From contig OZ281497.1 of the NCBI GenBank assembly GCA_965637545.1, positions 18,352,001 through 18,416,000 on the forward strand: a DNA stretch of 64,000 nucleotides, in the 5' to 3' direction. A program made the translations under genes and the position numbers. Origin of the DNA: Phallusia mammillata (lineage: Eukaryota). Every line of letters begins with the position of its first letter. Position 1 is the stretch's first letter. The notes beneath the pieces were generated by a model. The model did no database searches, was not told the origin of the DNA, and worked only from the letters and a program-made list of their open reading frames with translations. Positions 53,249 through 64,000 of the stretch are shown here, piece after piece.

Positions 53249-56200
53249 ATTTTTATTTAGAAAATGAAACAAACATATGCACTCTATTAGCATCGGTTGT
53301 ATGCAATAACTAAAGTGAGCGCCCATGACATGTCAAAAGAAGCACGAGGCCTCTAATACCACTGAAAGTGTCACGGTGTGAATTTTGTCATACAAATGTC
53401 ACATGCAGTTTTTGTACACGTAGAACATCTCCAAAGTGTGGTACAGACTAGTTACAGGCATGACTTTTCTTTTTACCTCAATGCTCTTGGCCTTATATCA
53501 TTCAAGCAGTATAAAATTGTATTTTTAATATCCATACCCTTGCTTTTTACCCTTGCCTCTCGCCGATGTCACTTTTTTCATTTGCAATGACATTTTAATA
53601 AAATTGATCAAACGATTTTCGTAGTCGATTTACCATCCCAACATTTTAAAGCACATGAAAAATGCATTATGGATGTTGTCACTGGAGTCTATTTATTTTC
53701 ATCCGTGGCGCGAGAATAAAACTGTCGCTTTGCCGGAATTTTCATTTGAATTAATTGCCCCGCCATCCTTCAGGACAAGGATGAGATCTATCAGCGCCCT
53801 TGCATCAGAAGGACGTTGCCACAATGACATCCAGGGAATGTTTTACACTTACATTTTGCTGAAGGGTGTTGCGCAATGAAGTGCTAGCCTTACTATGCTG
53901 TATGACGTAAATTATCCACGAACTTTTGCGAAAACTTTTCCAACACTATGTGTTTACAGCCCAAAATAAAATATGTTTTCAGTTGGCAATCAATGTTTTT
54001 CTTTAGAGTCAGTACTGTAAACCCTGATGAACTGATCAAAAGTACACGCAAGAGGTGCCAGTACACAATGATGCGAACATATAACATGGGAAAATTGACA
54101 AAGTATACTCGCGCAAACAGTGCTGCAAAAAACGCAATGTAAGTTATGTTAAATATAGACTGCTGCAGTCTATAGTGTTGCTGCTCACATTTTAGGCCGC
54201 ACTATATTTTTACGTTCAAAGTCTAGCGTCTAAGGTCATTATGAGATGACCTAAGAAATTGCAGATCTAATGACGAGTGTTGTTGTGACGTCGACACAAC
54301 CTGTCAGAGCGTGGCGCGATGCTCTAACGGCAAGCCTGGGGGCAGTACAATTTCAACGCAGCAATATCGTACAGTTGGTCTAAAAATTACTGTCGTACAT
54401 ACAAAACTGCGCCAAGCTATTGTTTATGGGACAGGGAAGCCATGTTGCGGAAATCGCTCTTAGTATTGTCCCGAGCAGGTGGACCACGCAGCTTTAGTAA
54501 AGTATGGTCGCATGGTATGACTGCTAAAATGAAATTAACTGTTTATAATTTTGGTAGGCTGCAGCGCGCAGCGCTTTTGCTTGCTGTACCTGCAGCGCTT
54601 AAACATGAGATAGAGCTGACACCTCACTTCTGCTAAAAATGATGCGAAGAGTTTTTTAAGTAAGTCTCCCAAAGAAAAACCAAAGTTAATAGGTTTGTTC
54701 GGTTGAGTTAACAGCTTTCCGTCACAATTTGTGTTGCATTTGCAATAAGCTTTTGTAAGGCAAGTGAGAGAATTGTTCTCGGATGCTTGTGTGCAGCCCA
54801 ACACGACAAATTAGATTACAGCTGAGTCGCAATAGGGCGCAGGGTGCCAGAGACTGTGTGGTGCACGATTGGCAGACCACAAAATGGGTAATTGTTCTCT
54901 GTGTGTGTGTGTTTGGCTGCTGAAGGCAGAGGGCTTCTAACTCGCCAGACAGCTGCTACTCCGCCCGTTAATTACGCACTGACACATCGTGACGCAGCCA
55001 GTGACAAATGTCTGTCTTCTGCACGGATTTCCTTTGCCAACTTCGCTCGCAGTTTGTTAAAAATAATCGTGCCTCTCTGGTATTGTGGACTTTAGGCTGG
55101 TTATAATTTACCAAGGTCCAAACGAAACAAGCAAGGCATCCAAGGCGAATTTCGTCGATATGTGATTACGCGGGTAATTATTGCCAAATTAAATGTGGAT
55201 GTTGTTTGGCGCATTGTTACTGCATTCGTTTTGTTTGCAATGGGAAAACACATAAAGCCACCAGCACTAGGAAACCTATTTTTACGTACATTTCGAAACA
55301 GCTTAGTTCGGTCAGGAGTAACGTTGTCCGACGGATTCGCCTGATTTGTCAACGTACGCTCCGATGCACACTTGAGAAAAATAATCTGCGCGCTGTGCAG
55401 AAAGTGTAACATTCGCCATGCTTTGTTATCTGTGTTGGTGTCCAAAGGATTAACTGCCGGTGTAATTACCCACGTAGGGCCGCGGGCTATGCCGAAAGGC
55501 CTGTAGTAGAAATTCACTTGCGGCTTCCATGAAACGAAATGTCAGCATGCTGGCTTGTTTGCATGTAACTTTCAAATGTGTCTGTTCGGCCGAGATGTCG
55601 AGCTCGCGCCAACGCAAATCGTGATGCAAGGGATATTTAATAACAGAACATGTACTCTGTAGCCTTTTCGGCTGTCATAAGTGGGGCTAGGCCTTTAGGT
55701 AGGCTTACTTAGCAATTAAGCACAATTTCTTTTGTACTCGTCGCCCTGTACTGCATAGAGCTGTTCCTGTCTGGGTGGAGGATAGCTAGCGGGTGATTCA
55801 TGACGGAATTCGTTGCAACCTCAGCACTTCCAGGAAAACGCAATTCATAAACGCGCGTCGTATTCAATGAGAGATAATAGTCGTCCGCGTGGCGTTGTTT
55901 TCGCCGGTGCGCGGTTGTGGGGCGGAGGTGCGTTAGACATTCATCACCGCGCAAGTGGATTGGTTCGCACCATAGTTGTGCGGATGGCCCCGTCGATGGC
56001 TCTGCGCTACAGCACTGCTAAGCAAGATTATGAATGTGCACGATTTCCGTTAGCGGAATCAGCTGAAGACACATTTTGATAAATGTCAGTGCGTGAGCTA
56101 AAACGTGTCAGACCATTGCATGCGACTGCACGGCATCACATGCGAGGGTGCGGCCTTCGACACTCAGTGCTTGTGAATCCTTCCGTCAGGCATTCGGGAA

Positions 56201-57476
56201 AGTTAGTCAGTGACAGATAGGGACGATCTGGAAGCGTCCTCTTATAAATATTCTCTGCCGGCCGCCAAATATTCAGTGCGAATGCCAGGCTTTCTTGAAA
56301 AGTATGAGCTAGGCCTCTCTGTAAGAGCGACAGAATGACTGTAGTTGCTGCCATTAATATTTTAGTGCTCGAAGCAGAGACCTGGTAATATAAACACAAT
56401 ATCCAGTGGGGTGAAGTGGTTGTGCAGCAGTCTTCTGTCGCGCTTTAGGTCAATCCAGGCAGCATGTTCTTCACAGTGGAGGTAAAGATTGTGTCTAAAG
56501 ATCACGGTTTTTACTTGCACTGCATGAGAAAATGTGTGCAAGCACCAACTTCGACAACAGCATGGCGAGTTTAAAGTTTCTGGGCCACCTTGCTGTCTAG
56601 GTTTTACAAAGAAGGAACTTAATTGACGGAAAGACTGAAGTTTCGTGTTCCTCAGCAATGTAAGAGTGATGCCTATATTTAAACATATAGAAGCGCTTTC
56701 CATAACTTAATTATGATAAACAAATAAACTATTCTTTTTTATTTGTGATTCGAGTAGAAAAGCTGACCAACAGTGATGCTTGCCAACAGTGATAACAAAT
56801 AGTGGCGTATATTATTGTCCAAGCACAAAAGCCATTAAATTTTGTAACAGTTGTAACGAATGACCCTCTTTGCATTTACAGTAGGAAATTTGACAGTGGG
56901 AATTCAATGGATTTGGACGGCGGAGGGATGGAAGCCAACAAGGGCCTGTCACGCGCATACAAAACTTCCTTTTCAAGCCATGACCGCATCAAACACCAGC
57001 AACTGCAGCGGTGACATATTCCATTCTGGTCGCCATTTCACATTATCTCGCGTGTCGCATTTCGTGTTAGTTTGACGTGTTTGCAATGCCCTGTTTGCGG
57101 GGTTGAATTTCGCGATGTCATACAGTACCCTTCTGGATGCAATAAAAAAGGCTTTGTATATGCCCTGAAAATGGCAGGATGTTGTGTTGTTAAGCTTTGT
57201 TTTCAGCCGCACCGTAATGAGCATGCGCTACATCGAGTTAGTTACATAAAAAGATGTAGGCTTCAGCACCAGTCATATAAACGTTTTTAAAAATTGTTTT
57301 CACCTAAAAATTACTAAACTACCAGTGGTTCTTAAACATTGTGGTCTGGTAGGCTGCCACGTGCGTCCAACGAAAACAAAAAAGTTGGTTAATGTGATAA
57401 TATCCTTTGAAGTTAATGACTGATTTTTCCATTGTACATTCAATGACACATCCTCAAACTTTTGTTTACTTTATAG

Positions 57477-57792
57477 CAGTGGTTCCCAAACTGTGGTACA
57501 CGTACTAGTGGTACGTCAGGGCTTTTCAGGTGGTACGCGAGTAGCTTTCTTTGATACTTAATTCAAGCCACATCAAGAGTTGCTGCTCAACTAACCCAAC
57601 TGATCAGCCCTGTTTTTGCAGAACCAATGTCTAGGACGTTTTTAAGGAATTGCTAACATGCTGGCTTCATAAGTTAGATAGTGTCGTCAAGAAGAACTCT
57701 TGGTCTACCCATTTAAACAAAATTTAGGTGGTACACAGCGATAGAAAAGGTCGCCAGGTGGTACGCAATCAGTATAAGTTTGAGAACCACTG
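57477..57792. mobile_element. hAT (Charlie-like) MITE
   Basis: TIRs CAGTGGTTCCCAAACT/AGTTTGAGAACCACTG; perfect TSD CTTTATAG at 57469-57476 and 57793-57800. Confidence 0.88.
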
Positions 57793-58428
57793 CTTTATAG
57801 GCATTGGGTTAAAAACGTAGAAGAAACACTATGGTCAAAACTGTCCGTGAATTGTTTTTAAAAACGTTTTTCAAATCTCAAGTATTCAATTTTTAGACAT
57901 CACACGTCTTATACTCATTGCCATATACAGCCTGGAGCAACTACAACCTATCATTAAATCAATGCCACAAAACCTACAAACCTCTGTTTTGTACCAAGCC
58001 AACTGGAGACACCATAATTGCGTCATAGTAGGGTCATATGGGTACAATTGCGAAGTTCTTTCACAACTGTTTTTCTGTCACGGGCCAATGATTTTTGCTT
58101 CACAGCTAAAACTATCTCACTAAAACTTGTCAACGGGTCGTTTGGCAGAAAAGGTCGTTGAATAGATCAAAATAATGACACCATCAGCAACGTCTCTGGT
58201 AAATAACAGGGTTTTGGGATACAGTGTGGCCCATATACGGCAAATTCGAGGAAACAGGTATCGAGCAGACTTGTAACGTAACGAAGACTTGCAATGATCC
58301 ATAAAATGCCTTCTTACTAGCACAAGTGCTACGTGAGCGCTGAAGCAACCTTAAAACATTTCAAGTGTGCACTCTGCGACAAAGTAGGTGACAGTCACCT
58401 GTGCACTATAGTTATTAACTTACTAACA

Positions 58429-61400
58429 ATGGCAATTAATATATGCCTGTACACAACACGATTCTTGTGTTGTTTTGTATTGTTTGCAATAGTGCAATCT
58501 CAGGAAGAAACCGGTAAGGCATATTTTATTGGGCTGGTTGTTTTAGATTAGACCATTTTGAGCAACTGTAACTTTGTTCAGATGAATGCGAGTATTTAAG
58601 CAATGTACGAGCTTGCCGACCAGTGGCTAAAGGGTGGATTGCTTTACCAAACAGACTAGGACACAAGAGTCAGGACGAAATTATTAAAAGCCCAGAGTAT
58701 CGGTAGGTTTCATTGCATAGGCCGTTATGCTACTGACTTTATTTTAATGTATGTTGTTGAATGTTAAGTAGTTTTAAACATTTTAACACGTTGGTTGACC
58801 TGGTTTAATACGGTATATATAGTATTCTAATTACTACACAAACATTGCAATAATTTAAACTTTTATCAAATGCCAATTAATGTAACACTGAAAAACAAGA
58901 AGTTTCGTTTTTTATTGATTTTATCTTATTTCTGCCTGTTTTTCCAATGAAACTAAAAACCTAGGCCTACTCTCGGGCAGATTTTTAGAAAATGCTTCAA
59001 TCGCACTGGAACTTAGCCGTGTTGACTCGGGTTCCACTTGGCACGTCAAATCCGCTGCAAATCGTCAACAATGTGAAATTCAGGTAATATAACTTTCATG
59101 TCGTAAAAAAACAAACCATCATTTATTTGTGGGCTGGCAGATTTATCAACTTGCGTGCTCCATAATTGCTCCCCGGTGCTACTATGTCGACAAGATTCGT
59201 GCAGGTTCCAAACCGCCATGTCGCAATGTGTGTGAAGACGTTCAGGACAGGTAATTATAAGCAAGTGAGCATGGGTTTTAACGGGTATTATTCAAAGTAT
59301 GTAACACTCATTCGGAAAAATCGCTAATAGTGGATAAATTGTGAGTAAGATACTGATGATGCATGTTAGGCAAGAAAAATACATATACCTGTAAAAAACG
59401 GTGGATGACTTTGGGCTTATCAAAGTTTTTAGTCTGATATTATACGTTGCTGTCTCCATCACTCAAACTGACTTTGTGGTGACGGGTGATTATACCATAT
59501 ACTACGCACAGTTTATGGGAGTTCAGAATCGTCTTACAAATGTAAGATTTTCCTGTTCTTTTCGGCAAAATTTTTTAGCAGACTGTAATACACTTCTATA
59601 ATTTTGCAACATGTAGGCTAAATTACAAATTAGAAAAAGCAGCACATTTTTGACAGATGTGAGAACCTGCTTGTAGCTGAAGGTTTGCAGTGGCCTGACT
59701 TTCTTCGTTGCAACCGTTTCCAAAATTCTCACCAGTCAAGTATTTGTCGTCAAACTAAAGACATACTTGGTAAGTTTCTGTAATTTGTAACGTGTTTCTC
59801 CAACCTACAAAACCCCCGACCTTCTCTATTTCTATGTGTAGCACCAATATCGCGATCAAGCAGATGGAGACCGATCTCAGTTAGACGTCCAAAGAGGCAC
59901 AAATACCGTGTACTGCGTCCGATTCGTTTTATACACCACTCGCGAGAGAACATGATTCGGGTAAGAATATGGAGTTCAAGCAATGTTCGTAGCGTAGCGT
60001 TTGCTTTGTAGTATTTTTTGCTTTTGTTTTATAGATTCTAAAGAATATAGCCCTTGCCTGTCCGGACGTAGCCCGTCTCTACTCGGTGGGCAAATCTGTA
60101 CAGAAGCGATCTCTTATGGTGATAAAGTTTTCTGACAACCCCGGAAAGCATGAACGTTCCGAACCGGAGATGAAGTGGATTGGAGCAATACATGGAAATG
60201 AAGTGAGTTCTCTGAAAATCATTTTGCACAATGCTAGTCGTAACTATACAGAAAACATTTTACGGATAACAGTATTGAAAATTAGCAAAGACAAGCAAGT
60301 CACATTCCTACAATAGCTTAAAACTGTTGGGTTCATTGCCGCGGCACAATAAAAAAGGTTAAATTCGATTCTTTTTGCCAATAGGTCTTTAACTTGTTTA
60401 TTGTTGTTTGACACAACATGCACAACAGAAAAGCGAATGGGTTTGTTGTATACAAACTAAAATATCAAGTTATCAGAGTTTGCAGATTATCAAAACTTCT
60501 TGACAACATCACAAAAGTCGTGAAAATAATTAAAAATCTTCTTGTACATAATAAATGATTGTCGTGGGATAATTAACTTGGCACATATTTGAATAAAAAA
60601 CTGAAGTAAAAGTTTTGTATACATTTATCCCAGAGCCTTAGTTTGCTTTGCTTCAGTTTAAGCCTGCAGTTTCGAAAAAAATCGTCGTTAGCGCCCATAA
60701 CATCCTTTCTGTTTCCACTGAAGGTGGTGGGCAGGGAAATGCTCATCATTTTTGCTCATCTCCTCTGTCGCGAATGGCGGAACAACAACAAAAGGATCCG
60801 AAGTATGTTGGAAACGACCCGAATACACATTATGCCGTGCATGAATCCTGACGGATATCACAAGGCGGCCCATCAGGTTAAAACGTATGCTTCCGGCGTC
60901 TTATATGCAAATTATTGCAACCTTATGTTTTCCATTTCGCAGGCTCCAAATCGCCGAGATTGGCTCACAGGGCGATACTCCGCTCGAGGCTACGACCTCA
61001 ATCGAAACTTTCCCGATTTGACATCATTGATGTATGTGCATGAGAGGTTTGGTGGATCTAATCACCACCTTGATATACCGGCCTCTTACTGGCGGGAAAA
61101 ATCAGAGGTTAAATAGCTTTACAATCATCATCAAAAATATATGCCTCTTTTAGAAAAAAAGGAAGTCAAAACTTCCCAACGGGTGTTTAGAATGCTAAGT
61201 AATTACAACAGTTTCATTGAACCGGTGTATCTATAACAATACTCTGAACATGGAAAAGGTCATTTACCCATGGAATCAAATGGACATTCCCTGAGAGTAA
61301 ATATAAGAGTAGTTTATGTATAAATGTAAACAAATCACAGTACGCCAGGCCCATTGAAGGCGCTATACCGAATCAGCCGGTCACCAAGCATTCACCACCA

Positions 61401-63385
61401 TATGACAAGGCGTAGGCTAGAAAAATCTAGCCTGCGGTGGGATTCGAACCCACGATAGGAGTCTTTCCGGGACTCGCGCTCTACCAACTGAGCTACACAG
61501 GCTCAGTGGAGAATCCGCCGAAAGTCGAATCACAAACACCGTTGCCTGCCTCGTATGCTTATGTTCATCTTAACTAAATGTAAACAATGCAGTATATAAA
61601 TGTATACGGATAGGTCTTGATTCTAGAGAATTGGATCTTTAATATATGAACTCGCTAAACACTTGGAGCCTAACGTTGTGGCATTGACAGGCAAGATTTC
61701 CCGAAATTTACGCGGTCATAAAGTGGATAAAGCGATATCCTTTTGTCCTTTCCTCGCAATTGCATGGAGGGGAGTTGGTTGCAAATTATCCGTACGATGT
61801 GAGGCGTCCACGACGCGGAAGACAAGGCTCTCCTTATGCACAGTGTCCTGACGACCAGGTTTTTCGAGGCCTGGCTTCCACATACGCCCAGGTGAATTTC
61901 TAAATAACTGCAAACTCAATTCGAATCTTGCATGGGAAAGAATCGTATTTAAATAAGACAACATTATGAAAAATAGCATTAGTGAGACTTCAGGGAACTG
62001 ATCGTGTGTCGATCACACAATCGTTGTTTTAAAAAATCACTGTAACTTTGCGTGGAAGTAATTGACGAAGCAACAATGCTTAGCCTACTTTGTGAATTGT
62101 TATGACAAAAAAATACACATTTAATCAGTAATCGTCTACATATGATGCCTACTATTTGCGGGAAAGATCCTGTAACAAACACTAAATGTAACTTGGCGTG
62201 ATGTTTTTCGTTAATTTTTTAATGTTCAGAATCACGGCACAATGGCCAATCCAGATTTGAACGATTGTGGTTCGGATTTCGGCGAGCAGGGAGGGATAAC
62301 AAATGGGGCCGATTGGTATACTTTGCACGGAGGTAAGCTGGCAACACTTGCCTTATGTGCGGTTATAACGTACAATGATGTCGTTTGCTTAGGAATGCAA
62401 GACTTTAATTACCTGCATACAAACTGCTTTGAGACGACCATGGAAATTAGTTGCGACAAGTTTTCACCTTCTGGCGTGCTTTCCCTGGAGTGGCAAAACA
62501 ATAAACAGTCATTGCTTCTATATACCGAAGCGGTCGGTGAAAATAGTACATACATACCGTTTTATAAATGTTCCGAATAACATCTTAGCGGAAAACATGT
62601 TGATCACCCATATCTTTCTTTGCAGGTGCACTGGGGTGTTAAAGGACTGGTTGTGAATCAAAGTGGTGATGCCGTTTCCGACGCTGTTGTTCATGTTGCG
62701 GGAATTGATCACGACATTACCACATGTATGTATATGCAAGATTTACTTCCAGTGAAACCTCATCAATTCATTTACCTCGCGTCGTGGTTTTTAAACTGTT
62801 AGGTTTACAAAGGTCGAGTCATTACCAAGAGGCCTATGATCGGATGTATAGACCCTAACACGAGTGACACTAACCAATAAAAGCTCGCAAAGACACGTTC
62901 GAGTTTAATCACTCTCAAGTGTACAAAATAACTATACCTTTATGTTATGTTAGCCAATGTCCTTCGTAATCCACCATTTTTCCCAGTAGGCACTTAATGC
63001 ACTTAAACGACCACAAACAAATATTTGGTCACTGTGGAATTGTTTCTTGTACAAATAAGTTAACTTTTTATGTGACAAGTCTGTTGTACTATAACGACTT
63101 CCTTTTCTGAAAACCGTAAGTCACTTATACTTTGTAATTGAAAGCGTTTTGTCTTTTCTGTAGCTGAACTTGGAGAATATTGGAGATTGTTGATGCCGGG
63201 AACTTACCAGATTTCTGTTTCCCGAAAGGGATTTTTAGATGCCTCAAGGGAAATTGAGATTGCATCAAATAACTCGGTTAGTTTTACAGCTGGCGTTTGT
63301 TGTTATTTATTCTCTAAAACATGTCAGACATTTGTTTATTGTTTTTCAGACATTGATTGCAAACTTCGTCTTACAAAATTTATAA
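58429..63385 (+). CDS. CPZ: Carboxypeptidase Z-like: signal peptide, Frizzled CRD, M14B carboxypeptidase and transthyretin-like domain
   Basis: Signal MAINICLYTTRFLCCFVLFAIVQS (58429). CRD motifs LPNRLGHKSQDE, LACSIIAPRC, PPCRNVC and WPDFLRC. Peptidase motifs EPEMKWIGAIHGNEVVGRE, DLNRNFPDL, PFVLSSQLHGGELVANYPYD, GGITNGADWY, MQDFNYLHTNCFETTMEISCDK, HWGVKG and GEYWRLLMPG. Last exon 63350-63385 TLIANFVLQNL*. Confidence 0.9.
61429..61502 (-). tRNA. tRNA-like Pol III unit (cloverleaf with GGA in the anticodon position; atypical, possibly a SINE head or pseudo-tRNA)
   Basis: GCCTGTG TA GCTC AGTTGGTA GAGC GC GAGTC CCGGAAA GACTC CTATC GTGGG TTCGAAT CCCAC CGCAGGC T. All four stems pair, the A and B boxes are consensus, and T5 follows 4 nt later. 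Atypical features are C33, an extra base before the anticodon stem, and a short variable loop. Confidence 0.6.
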
Positions 63386-63641
63386 ACAAGGAGAGGGATT
63401 CTACCTGTTTTGTATTTTTCGATTGTTTTTGTTCGGTATTGCGCGGGTGCTACAGTTATATTGCAACGTTAAAATAAAAAATCATCTGTAAACACTGTCT
63501 TGCTAAAAACGTGTGTTTTGTTTATGAGAAATATACAATTTGACCCACTCCGGACGTCTGGTAACCCCAATAGTTGCAGCTCATGTTTTTATGGGTCCCA
63601 TAAAAAAAATTTGTCCGTATTTTTTTTTCTTTTTTTCTGTC

Positions 63642-64000
63642 TAACGCTGGTTTGTTAAACGCATTTGGTCAAGAAAGAGTGCTTCAAATTTGGACAGATG
63701 TTAGTTATTAATCTAAATTTGATCCTCCTGAAGTTTAACCCCGAATTACCCAGCGGTTCACCCACAGGCCCCCAAAATGCAAAATTTTTAAAACATGGTT
63801 TGTTATATGCGTTTGGTCAAGAAAGAGTGCTTCAAATTTGTTTAAATTTTGTCAGATGTTAGTTATTAACCAAAATTTGATCCTCCTGAAGTTTGACCCT
63901 GAATGACCCAGGGGTTCACCCACAGGCCCCCGAAACGTAAAATTTTTAACGCTGGTTTGGTAAAGAAAAAGTGCTTCAAATTTATTCAAATTTGGACATA
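63642..64000. repeat. ~150-bp tandem repeat, about 2.3 units, running off the window edge
   Basis: Units start near 63642, 63791 and 63947 and share TTTGGTCAAGAAAGAGTGCTTCAAATTTG, TTTGATCCTCCTGAAGTTT and GGTTCACCCACAGGCCCCC. Confidence 0.85.

Noticed and set aside
55101-57290. ORFs of 60-138 aa upstream of CPZ
   Set aside because: No domain motifs or splice-consistent chain; such lengths are expected by chance in a more GC-rich stretch.

Overview
AT-rich, compact animal genomic DNA with many 50-80 nt GT-AG introns; an invertebrate chordate such as an ascidian is plausible, but that is inference. It is not prokaryotic, and most entries in the ORF track are exon fragments or noise. Genes reconstructed by hand-splicing: an atlastin-family GTPase (minus, ~2.4-9.0 kb); three tandem single-domain phospholipase B1-like genes (minus, 11.0-25.1 kb), of which only the copy at 11.0-13.9 kb looks intact; CtBP; NCAPG; RNF113A; SDAD1; a rolling stone-like membrane protein; and a Frizzled-domain carboxypeptidase Z-like gene. 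Non-coding space holds a 5'-truncated, decayed RTE-type LINE, about ten hAT-type non-autonomous elements with 8-bp target-site duplications (some nested or chained), a palindromic foldback-like array, a 9-bp-TSD element with a telomere-like core, an atypical tRNA-like Pol III unit in a CPZ intron, and a ~150-bp tandem repeat at the right edge. I found no unambiguous new biological system. The best leads are the tRNA-like unit, the decaying phospholipase B1 array, the LINE that duplicated a splice donor, and the foldback array. All alignments were made by eye and no searches were run.
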